Positions 56,041-64,000 of a DNA stretch of 64,000 nt are shown piece by piece (position 1 is the stretch's first letter; every line of letters begins with the position of its first letter). The notes beneath the pieces were generated by a model that had not been told where the DNA came from, did no database searches, and saw only the letters and a program-made list of their open reading frames with translations. A program made the translations under genes and the position numbers. This DNA comes from Planctomycetota bacterium. GTDB taxonomy: Bacteria; Planctomycetota; PLA2; JAEUHO01. The stretch is taken from positions 2,464,001 to 2,528,000 of the forward strand of contig CBDCTJ010000007.1 in assembly GCA_965222115.1 (NCBI GenBank), read 5' to 3'.

Positions 56041-58947
56041 CTACGCGTCATACGCCTCAAGGGGTGGACATGAGCAAATAAGATTGCGATCCCCGTAGAC
56101 GTTGTCGGCGCGCTTGACAGGAGGCCAGAACTTATGGCTTCGTGACCACGCGCTTGGAAATACGGCTTCCTCGCGGGTGTAGGGATGGGGCCAGGCATCC
56201 ACGGCGATTTCCTCTGCCGTGTGGGGCGCATTCTTTAGCGGATTGTCGTCGCGAGGCCACGCGCCGTCGGCGACTTCTTTGGCCTCATCGTGAATGGCAA
56301 TCAGGGCATCGCAGAGACGATCGCACTCTTCTTTGCTCTCACTCTCGGTGGGTTCGATCATCATCGTGCCCGCGACGGGCCAACTGATGGTGGGGGCGTG
56401 GAAGCCGTAGTCCATGAGGCGCTTGGCAACGTCTTCAACTTCCACGTCGGCGGATTGTTTAAGTGGGCGCATATCCAAAATGAACTCGTGGGCGACGAGT
56501 CCATCCGGGCCGCGATAGAGAATGTCATAGTGTGACTCAAGTCGTTTGGCCATGTAGTTGGCGTTGAGGATGGCAACCTGCGATGCCCGCTTGATGCCCT
56601 CTGCGCCCAACATCGCGATAAATGCGTAACTGATTGGCAAGATACTTGGGCTACCCCAAGGTGCTGCGGCGACCGGCCCCATTGCTTGTTCTCCACCGCA
56701 AGCGACCAGAGGGTGGCCCGGGAGAAACGGTGCTAAGTGCTCTGCCACGCCAATGGGACCCATACCGGGTCCACCACCGCCATGCGGAATGCAAAACGTC
56801 TTGTGCAAGTTGAGATGGCAGACATCGGCCCCGTAGTCGCCCGGTCGCGCTAGACCCATCTGTGCATTGAGGTTGGCGCCATCGAGGTAGACCTGCCCGC
56901 CGTGATCGTGCACAATCTTGCAGACTTCGCGAATCGTTGACTCAAACACGCCGTGCGTGGACGGATAGGTAACCATGATGGCCGCGAGGTTGTCGGCGTG
57001 CTTTTCGGCCTTTGCGGCCAGATCGGCAAGATCAATATTGCCCTGGTCATCGCACTTGGTGACCACGACCTTCATGCCGGCCATGACGGCGCTGGCAGGA
57101 TTTGTACCGTGCGCCGAACTGGGAATGAGGCACACGTGGCGATGCCCTTCGCCGCGTGACGCGTGATAGGCGCGAATCACCAGCATACCGGAGTACTCAC
57201 CCTGCGAACCGGCATTGGGTTGCAACGAGTAGGCATGAAAACCGGTGATCTCCGCCAGCTGCGCTTCGAGTGCTTCGAAGAGGGCCTGGTAGCCCTGGGC
57301 TTGATCAAGCGGCGCAAAGGGATGCATTCGTCCAAACTCGGGCCACGTCACGGGAATCATCTCGGTGGTGGCGTTGAGCTTCATCGTGCAACTGCCGAGC
57401 GGAATCATGCTCGTGGTGAGGCTCAAATCCTTGGCCTGGAGTCGATGGATGTAGCGCAGCATTTCGGTTTCGGAGTGGTAGCTATGAAAGACGGGATTTG
57501 TGAGGTACTCGCTAGTGCGCGCAAGTTCCGCAGGCAGAGCCTCGTTCACATCCGCAATCAGATCGTTGGCAGAAAAGTCTTTGAGTTTGCCTTCTGCAAA
57601 CACCGTTAGCAGCAGTTCGACATCGTCAATCGCTGTCGTCTCGTCAATCGCGACGCCCAACGAATCTTCGAGGTCGCGACGCAAATTGATGCCCGCCCGA
57701 TCAGCCGCCGCAAGAACATCATCTCGCGACGACCCTTCGGTGGGCACTCGCACGGTGTCAAAGAACACGGCGTCGCCCAGGTCATAGCCCAAGCGTCGAA
57801 GTCCGTCGGCCAGCAGTAGCGCGTGAAAGCGTATGCGGCGGGCGATCTTCTTTAGCCCATCGGGACCGTGATAAACGGCATACATCGAGGCCATGATGGC
57901 CAGGAGCACCTGCGCGGTGCAGATATTGCTCGTGGCCTTCTCGCGGCGGATGTGCTGTTCGCGCGTCTGAAGCGCGAGGCGTAGGGCGCGCTTGCCATCA
58001 ACGGTCTTCGTGATGCCTACAATGCGACCCGGAAGCTGGCGTTTGTAGGTGTCGCGGGTGGCAATAAACGCGGCATGGGGACCGCCGTACCCCATCGGAA
58101 CCCCGAGGCGCTGTGCGCTACCAATCACAACATCGGCACCGGCATCACCCGGAGGCGTCAGAAGCGTAAGTGCCATCAAGTCGGAAGCCACAACCACGAG
58201 TGCACCCGCTGTGTGGGCGCGTTCGATAAACGATTTGGGATCCCATACGCGACCATGGGTATCGGGAATCTGCACCAGGGCACCGCACACCGGTTGCTTG
58301 AAGTCAAACCCGGCCTCGTCGCCGACGACGAGTTCAATACCAACGGCCTCGGCGCGCGTCTTCATGACCGCCAACGTTTGCGGATGGCAGCGCGCCGACA
58401 CAAAGAAGCGGGCGTCTTTGACTTTGCGGTTGACTGCATGGCACAGCGTCATGGCCTCTGCGGCGGCTGTGCCCTCATCGAGCAGGCTTGAGTTGGCCAT
58501 GTCAAGGCCCGTAAGATCGCAAATGAGCGTCTGAAAGTTGAGCAGCGCCTCCAGGCGACCCTGTGCGATCTCCGCTTGGTACGGCGTGTATTGGGTATAC
58601 CAGCCGGGATTCTCCAGCACATTGCGAAGGATGACCGGGGGCGTAATCGTGTCGTAGTAGCCCATGCCAATGTAGCTCTTGCGAATTACATTTTTGTCTG
58701 CAAGTTCGCGGAGCGTGGACAGCATGTCGTACTCAGACATGGGCTCACCGAGGGCCAACGCCTTCTTCATGCGAATACTCGGCGGCACCGCCGCGTCGGC
58801 CAGTGCATCCAGGTCGGCGTAGCCCAGGCTCTTAAGCATGGCCTCAAGCTCGTCGTGACTCGGCCCTAGATGGCGGTAAGCAAACCCATCGGGGTGTTCT
58901 AGGCACTCGTGTTGGCTTTGGCCCAGGATAGAAGGCGTGGTCGGCAT
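56041..58947 (-). CDS. gcvP: Glycine dehydrogenase (decarboxylating), P protein
   Basis: [51 protein letters not shown]. Confidence 0.97.
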   Translation of the reverse strand: MPTTPSILGQSQHECLEHPDGFAYRHLGPSHDELEAMLKSLGYADLDALADAAVPPSIRMKKALALGEPMSEYDMLSTLRELADKNVIRKSYIGMGYYDTITPPVILRNVLENPGWYTQYTPYQAEIAQGRLEALLNFQTLICDLTGLDMANSSLLDEGTAAAEAMTLCHAVNRKVKDARFFVSARCHPQTLAVMKTRAEAVGIELVVGDEAGFDFKQPVCGALVQIPDTHGRVWDPKSFIERAHTAGALVVVASDLMALTLLTPPGDAGADVVIGSAQRLGVPMGYGGPHAAFIATRDTYKRQLPGRIVGITKTVDGKRALRLALQTREQHIRREKATSNICTAQVLLAIMASMYAVYHGPDGLKKIARRIRFHALLLADGLRRLGYDLGDAVFFDTVRVPTEGSSRDDVLAAADRAGINLRRDLEDSLGVAIDETTAIDDVELLLTVFAEGKLKDFSANDLIADVNEALPAELARTSEYLTNPVFHSYHSETEMLRYIHRLQAKDLSLTTSMIPLGSCTMKLNATTEMIPVTWPEFGRMHPFAPLDQAQGYQALFEALEAQLAEITGFHAYSLQPNAGSQGEYSGMLVIRAYHASRGEGHRHVCLIPSSAHGTNPASAVMAGMKVVVTKCDDQGNIDLADLAAKAEKHADNLAAIMVTYPSTHGVFESTIREVCKIVHDHGGQVYLDGANLNAQMGLARPGDYGADVCHLNLHKTFCIPHGGGGPGMGPIGVAEHLAPFLPGHPLVACGGEQAMGPVAAAPWGSPSILPISYAFIAMLGAEGIKRASQVAILNANYMAKRLESHYDILYRGPDGLVAHEFILDMRPLKQSADVEVEDVAKRLMDYGFHAPTISWPVAGTMMIEPTESESKEECDRLCDALIAIHDEAKEVADGAWPRDDNPLKNAPHTAEEIAVDAWPHPYTREEAVFPSAWSRSHKFWPPVKRADNVYGDRNLICSCPPLEAYDA

Positions 58948-59178
58948 CGTGCTCTCCGCGGCGTGCGTCCGTGGCGGTACGCAATCGCATGCGTATTGAA
59001 CCGGAGGGCACCGAAAAGACACGAATTCGGCCCGCCCGGCAGGGCAATTTGAAGCCAATCGACCGGAAGGATTCGATGTGCGATCGGCGGGGATTCGGGG
59101 ATGAAGCCGAATGCTCCTGCGTATTCTCCTACGCTGCCCACGGGTGGGGGCGGTTGCGCCCAAGTACGACGGATCGGC

Positions 59179-59212
59179 CTAGCCCGGATTATTCATGAGT
59201 AGTTCGGGCTAG
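59179..59212 (+). promoter_or_regulatory. 34-nt palindrome/hairpin in the divergent gcvP-ccs region
   Basis: CTAGCCCGGATTATTCATGAGTAGTTCGGGCTAG; every deviation from perfect symmetry is a G-U pair on the + strand. Confidence 0.45.
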
Positions 59213-59245
59213 ATAGCAAGTCACACCTTCCAAGGAACACGAACT

Positions 59246-60472
59246 GTGAGATCGATCTCATTTACCGGCAGTTTGACGGAACGCGTCACTGCCCTGTTTG
59301 CTGTGATGTGCCTCGCACTCGGCGCGTCAGGGTGTGGGGGAGGCGGGCCCACGGAGTTGACCGTTGCCCCGCACCGCACATTTACCAAGGGATACGACAA
59401 GTCTGTATGGACCGGGCCCCCGCCTACGAGTGACCAGCGCTACCCGAAGACGGCTGACGTGAAGATCACCAACCCGCTTGATCTCTTTCGTTACGAACTA
59501 CCCGAGGGCTGGACGGCCAAGCCCGGCACGTCGCGAATCGTCTCGGCGATGTTCATTCCACCTCAAGCGAAATCGCCGGACGCAACGGACATGTCCGCGA
59601 CAAAACTACGAGCCACGTTATCGATGGCCGGTGGGAGTCCACTTGAGAACCTCAATCGGTGGCGCAAACAGCTCGGGCTGAAGGACGTCGACAAATCGGG
59701 ACTGTCAAAACTCCCGAAGGTCAAGTTCTTAAGCGACGACGCCTTCTTCGTTGATCTCGAAGGCGAGACGTTTCGAGGCATGGGCCATGCAGGTGAAATC
59801 AAGGACGCGCGGATGCTCGCGTTGATGCGGCCGGCCCAAACCGGGCGCATGATTTTTCTCAAAATGGTCGGCACGCAGAGCGCGATGGCCCCACTCAAGG
59901 ACGACTTTCTCGCACTGGCAAAGTCAATCGATGTAAAGCCCCACGCGGGTGGGCCCCATGGGGGCGGTCACGGTCATCCACCAACGAAGCGTAGCGATGC
60001 GCCGGCCGACGGCAAGCCCAATGCGCCGATGGAGCCCCCCTACCGTTGGTCGGCGCCGGCGTCATGGAAGAAACTCAAACCCGCTGCATTTTCGCTCGCG
60101 ACGTATGCACCTACGGGCAAGTCCATGGATGCCATGTGCAGCATCTCTCACTTTGGGAATGACGTGGGTGGGCTGAAGGCCAACATTGCACGCTGGTGCA
60201 GGCAAGTAGGTGTGGAGCCCCTCGATGCCAAGGCGATCGCGGCGCTTCCCACATTGCCGGTCTTGGGTCGCGCCGCGCCTTACCTCACACTCAAAGGCAC
60301 CTACAAAGCGGACGGCAGCGGTGGAGAGGCGAAGGGTGCTATGATGCTCGTCGTGTATTGCGATCTCGGCGGCCCTACATTGGTCGTGAAATTGGTTGGC
60401 CAAGAGAAACACGTTCAAGTCCACGTCGATGCGTTTGAAGAACTTGTTACCTCCATTGAGGAAAACAAATGA
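59246..60472 (+). CDS. Lipoprotein with two duplicated PsbP-like domains and His-rich linker
   Basis: Lipobox ASGC; repeated (Y/W)xxPxxW...NxxRWxxQxG...KxVG units; PHAGGPHGGGHGHP linker. Confidence 0.75.
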   Translation: MRSISFTGSLTERVTALFAVMCLALGASGCGGGGPTELTVAPHRTFTKGYDKSVWTGPPPTSDQRYPKTADVKITNPLDLFRYELPEGWTAKPGTSRIVSAMFIPPQAKSPDATDMSATKLRATLSMAGGSPLENLNRWRKQLGLKDVDKSGLSKLPKVKFLSDDAFFVDLEGETFRGMGHAGEIKDARMLALMRPAQTGRMIFLKMVGTQSAMAPLKDDFLALAKSIDVKPHAGGPHGGGHGHPPTKRSDAPADGKPNAPMEPPYRWSAPASWKKLKPAAFSLATYAPTGKSMDAMCSISHFGNDVGGLKANIARWCRQVGVEPLDAKAIAALPTLPVLGRAAPYLTLKGTYKADGSGGEAKGAMMLVVYCDLGGPTLVVKLVGQEKHVQVHVDAFEELVTSIEENK

Positions 60473-61755
60473 CGGACGGCGACAACCAACAGGGCGTGTT
60501 CGCCTGGGGCGCCAAGGCGCTTCGATTTCTGGGCTCGTACGGTTTGGCATGCGTGATCTTACTTCTGCTAACACTGCTCACATTCATGGGCACGCTGGAG
60601 CAAGCCGACACGGCGCTGTTCGATGTCCAGCGCGACTACTTTGAGTCCGTCTTCCTTGTGAGCGACGTGCTTGATTTTCCGGTCCCCATGCCAGGTGCCT
60701 ATTTGCTCCTCGCACTACTGTTTGTGAACCTTATTGTGGGCGGCATGCTTCGCTTAAAGCGCACATGGAGCCGCGCAGGTATTTTTGTTATTCACCTTGG
60801 CGTAGCGCTGTTGCTCATCGGTGGCTTTGTTGAGTTCACCACTTCCATCAAGGGCTATTTGCCGGTGTATGAAGGCGAACCCTTTACCGATCGCGATAAC
60901 AACGGCGTGTATGACGAGGGCGAACCATTCGCCGATGTGGATCGCAACGGCGTGCGCATGGAGCCACGCGCAGGCAAACGCTTTCTCAGTCATGAAAGCC
61001 GCGATTTGGTCGTGCGCATGAGGCCGGACGGCACGACCGTTCGCGAGTGGCGTATTCCAACCGATCGCCTCAAGGCAGCAACAAGTCAGCGAGTGACCAT
61101 CTCACTTGACGGCGGCCCCACGTTTGAAGTGTACGGATACCGTCGCAATGCCGCGATTCGCAAGGGTAGGGGCGAGGGCAGCATTGACGGGCGCGTGCTG
61201 ATGGCTTTGGATGATGATCCGAAGCAAGCCGAGAGAAACATGCCCGCATGTTTCGTTTCCATCCAGCGTGGCAGTGACGAACCCATGGTTGGACTGGTTT
61301 CTGCCGAGCAAGAGGCGCCGTTTGTGGTGGGGGATGGCAAGGAGCGTATTGCGTTTGACTTGCTCAAGCGCGGATGGGAGCTTCCGTTCTCCGTCGTGCT
61401 TCGCCGTGGCGTGGAAAAGAAGTACCCCGGCACCAATATGCCCAGTGAATACTCAAGCTACATCACCATGATCGAAGATGGTGTGCGCGAGCCCATGCAC
61501 ATCACCATGAACGAGCCGCTGCGCCATAAGGGGTATACGCTCTATCAATCGGGCATGAACGTGATTACGAAGACGCGACATGGGCCATTGATGCAGTCCG
61601 TATTCTCGGTGGTCAAGAACCCGGCCGACTCGATTCCGCTCGTTGCGTGCGTCATTATTCTGATTGGCATGTTGATTCAGTTCGGAATGAAACTGATTCG
61701 CTACATTCAACGTGAACTCCGGCGCGACGAGCGACCGAAGGAGGCCGCCGCATGA
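60469..61755 (+). CDS. Cytochrome c biogenesis ResB/CcsB-like protein
   Basis: N-terminal TMs with IHLG, YPGT..P..YSS, ITMNEPLRHKGYTLYQS, C-terminal TM. Confidence 0.82.
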   Translation: MTDGDNQQGVFAWGAKALRFLGSYGLACVILLLLTLLTFMGTLEQADTALFDVQRDYFESVFLVSDVLDFPVPMPGAYLLLALLFVNLIVGGMLRLKRTWSRAGIFVIHLGVALLLIGGFVEFTTSIKGYLPVYEGEPFTDRDNNGVYDEGEPFADVDRNGVRMEPRAGKRFLSHESRDLVVRMRPDGTTVREWRIPTDRLKAATSQRVTISLDGGPTFEVYGYRRNAAIRKGRGEGSIDGRVLMALDDDPKQAERNMPACFVSIQRGSDEPMVGLVSAEQEAPFVVGDGKERIAFDLLKRGWELPFSVVLRRGVEKKYPGTNMPSEYSSYITMIEDGVREPMHITMNEPLRHKGYTLYQSGMNVITKTRHGPLMQSVFSVVKNPADSIPLVACVIILIGMLIQFGMKLIRYIQRELRRDERPKEAAA

Positions 61756-63809
61756 ATCGCCTTCTGCAATGCTCAAGCTGTGTGACACGTGGTTGCGCAT
61801 GGTTCGCCGTCGCTGCGTTCATTGTGCTGCTGGCCGCGCCCTGCTCCTTCGCGACCGACCAGGAGCCGCCCCGACCCACGCAATGGAATGAGGACGATGT
61901 TGAGCGGTTTGCTCGCATACCCATTCAGCACGATGGTCGCATCAAGCCCATGCTTACGTTTGCGCGGTTCACGCTCCTGACCATGAGCGGTCGCAGCAGT
62001 GTGCGCTATGACGTGGACGGAGAAACCATCAAACGCGGGCCCGTCGAATGGTTGATGGACACGCTCTTCACCGAGGATGTGGCCAAAACGCAGCCCATCT
62101 TTTTGGTGGAAGACTGGCAAGTGCTCGAAGCGATTGGCATCAAGGGCAAGATCGAAAAGAAGCGCGATCGATACTCGTGGCTCGACCTGCGACCCGCGCG
62201 CAGTGAGCTTATGCGGCAGGGCCAGGCGCTCAGCAAGGCGGAGCGCGATGGGAAGAAGCTCTCGCGTATTCCGCGCCAAGTGCTAAATCTCGCCGAAAGC
62301 GTAAACAAATTTGAGCGCTTGCTGGATGCGATGGCGTTCGCTACTGCGTCCATCGACGTTCGAAATCTTGCCAAACACTTTGACGCCTTCAAGGAAAAGA
62401 CGTCAATCGATGCCATGGCGTTTCTTCCGCATGTGGCGAAACTTGCTTCCGTGGTTGCTAAGGCGGACCCCAAAGCGCTTGAGGCCATTGCACGTGGTAC
62501 GTCGCTGCCCGACGGCTTGAGTGCAGAGGCGACGGCGGCCGCCGAGGCGCTTCGAAGCTACGACCGGGCCCTGTTAGGCGCCGATATGTTGGCGGTTGTT
62601 CCACCACCCACGAATCCGGAAGTCCACGATGAGTGGCTGACGCTGGATGAAGGCGCTCAGTACGCGGTCTCCACGTTTCTATCAAGCGCCGACGCAGCAA
62701 CGCAAGCGATTAGCAAGACAGATGCCGTTGACTTGGTGCGCGCCTGGAGTGCCATGGGCCAAGCCGCAGGTACACCGGAAACAATCGGCAGCCATATCGA
62801 GAAGGCCCACACGCTTGCCAGTCGTTTGGCAGGCGCCCGGGGTGAGATCGACAACGTTGAGCTTGAGGCGCGCTACTATCGTCTCGATCCGCTCTTCAAA
62901 TCCCATATGCTCTATATCGTTGCATTCGTGCTCTTTGCCTTGACGTGGTTCGCGCCACGTTCCAAGTGGCTCTTCCGCATTGCGGTTGCCTGCGTGAGCG
63001 CCGCGCTGATTCTGCACATCTTCGGCATTGTGATTCGCTCTATCATTCGCGGTCGGCCCCCGGTGAGCACGCTTTACGAAACGGTCCTCTTTGTTTCGGC
63101 CGGCGCCGCCCTTACGCTGCTGGTCATTGAGTTTCTCAACCGCAAGCGCATTGCGGTGGTTTTGGCGTCGTTACTCGGCGCTGCCGGACTCTGGCTGGCC
63201 AGTGGTTATGAGGAACTCGTCAAGACCGACACCATGCCGCAACTCGTGGCGGTACTCAACACCAACTTTTGGCTCGCCGTTCATGTGACTACCGTCACGT
63301 TTGGGTATGCGGCTGGTTTGATGGCGGCATGCGTGGCTCACGTGCATGTGCTGGGCCGCATATTCGGCTTTAAAAAGCACGATCCCGGGTTTTACCGCGA
63401 TCTCAACCGCATGACGTATGGCCTGATCTGCTTCGGTTTGCTCTTTAGTATCTTCGGCACTATGACCGGCGGCATTTGGGCCAACGATTCGTGGGGTCGC
63501 TTCTGGGGTTGGGATCCCAAGGAAAACGGCGCATTGATGATCTGCCTTGTCGAACTCGCCATTCTTCACGGTCGCATGGGGGGCTATATCAAGCAGTTTG
63601 GCATTGCCATGAGTTCCATCGTATTGGGCGTGATCGTGGCCTTTAGCTGGTGGCACGTCAACCAACTCGACTACGGCTTGCATAGCTACGGACGCACCGA
63701 GGGCATCATGAGCGCGCTCAAAATCTTCTACATCGTGGAGACGGCAATCTTGAGTGGCGGCGTCGTTTGGTGGCTTCAGCAGCGCGGCGCAAAAGCACTT
63801 GAGGCATAA
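61752..63809 (+). CDS. ccsA: Cytochrome c biogenesis CcsA/ResC
   Basis: GRPPVSTLYE, WLAVHV, WWD domain GGIWANDSWGRFWGWDPKE, GLHSY. Confidence 0.92.
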   Translation: MNRLLQCSSCVTRGCAWFAVAAFIVLLAAPCSFATDQEPPRPTQWNEDDVERFARIPIQHDGRIKPMLTFARFTLLTMSGRSSVRYDVDGETIKRGPVEWLMDTLFTEDVAKTQPIFLVEDWQVLEAIGIKGKIEKKRDRYSWLDLRPARSELMRQGQALSKAERDGKKLSRIPRQVLNLAESVNKFERLLDAMAFATASIDVRNLAKHFDAFKEKTSIDAMAFLPHVAKLASVVAKADPKALEAIARGTSLPDGLSAEATAAAEALRSYDRALLGADMLAVVPPPTNPEVHDEWLTLDEGAQYAVSTFLSSADAATQAISKTDAVDLVRAWSAMGQAAGTPETIGSHIEKAHTLASRLAGARGEIDNVELEARYYRLDPLFKSHMLYIVAFVLFALTWFAPRSKWLFRIAVACVSAALILHIFGIVIRSIIRGRPPVSTLYETVLFVSAGAALTLLVIEFLNRKRIAVVLASLLGAAGLWLASGYEELVKTDTMPQLVAVLNTNFWLAVHVTTVTFGYAAGLMAACVAHVHVLGRIFGFKKHDPGFYRDLNRMTYGLICFGLLFSIFGTMTGGIWANDSWGRFWGWDPKENGALMICLVELAILHGRMGGYIKQFGIAMSSIVLGVIVAFSWWHVNQLDYGLHSYGRTEGIMSALKIFYIVETAILSGGVVWWLQQRGAKALEA

Positions 63810-63834
63810 CCGGTTCGTTAGCTTTGGCCCGGGC

Positions 63835-64000
63835 TAGGCTCTGTCTGAAAACTCCTCTACTACGCAATCCGATCCTCTCGCTGCGAGTCGCGTCCCTTCG
63901 AAATTGCCGTCCTCGACGTGAACAGACCACGCCTGCGGGCCAATTTCTTGGTCCATCGACTCTCGCATCGGTCTCGAATCGCTCGTCACGAGGCTTTTCA
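63835..64000. mobile_element. MITE-like element, copy 2 (truncated by window end)
   Basis: Near-identical to 31654-31794, then rejoins the shared CTCGTCACGAGGCTTTTCA end segment. Confidence 0.8.

Noticed and set aside
58950-59160. Glycine riboswitch upstream of gcvP
   Set aside because: GGAGA is present, but the CCGAAG and CTCTCAGG elements could not be found on the minus strand.

Overview
A GC-rich (~60%) bacterial chromosomal window using the standard genetic code. The gene styles (VWA/HEAT lipoproteins, PVC-type system II cytochrome c biogenesis, RNase HIII) suggest a Planctomycetota/PVC organism, which is inference. Left to right it holds: secDF-(secreted uORF)-yajC, mnmA, hup, a VWA/HEAT/TPR-like cluster, and an A/T-richer orphan gene bracketed by inverted REP-like modules. 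Next come a putative complete ceramide locus (spt, bCerS-like, CerR-like) followed by HEAT-RsbW-STAS-mlaE-mlaD, mdh, and argC-argD-argF'-argB-argE-argH. Then a kelch lipoprotein, a class III cyclase, a MITE plus a palindromic mini-array, and a 2-oxoacid dehydrogenase operon with two E1-alpha genes. The right half has glycosyltransferases, clpS, a TonB receptor, rnhC, a heterodimeric ABC exporter with a leader ORF, a VLRF1-type release factor, gcvP and ccs genes. The two strongest hidden signals, both missed by the ORF track, are (1) an Arg-rich 12-codon leader (MSYRAHRRRHRR) whose codons pair over the argF' translation-initiation region, and (2) a secreted protein interrupted by a single in-frame TGA in a C-x6-TGA context with a SECIS-like hairpin, a candidate new selenoprotein. 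All assignments are by eye; no database searches were run.
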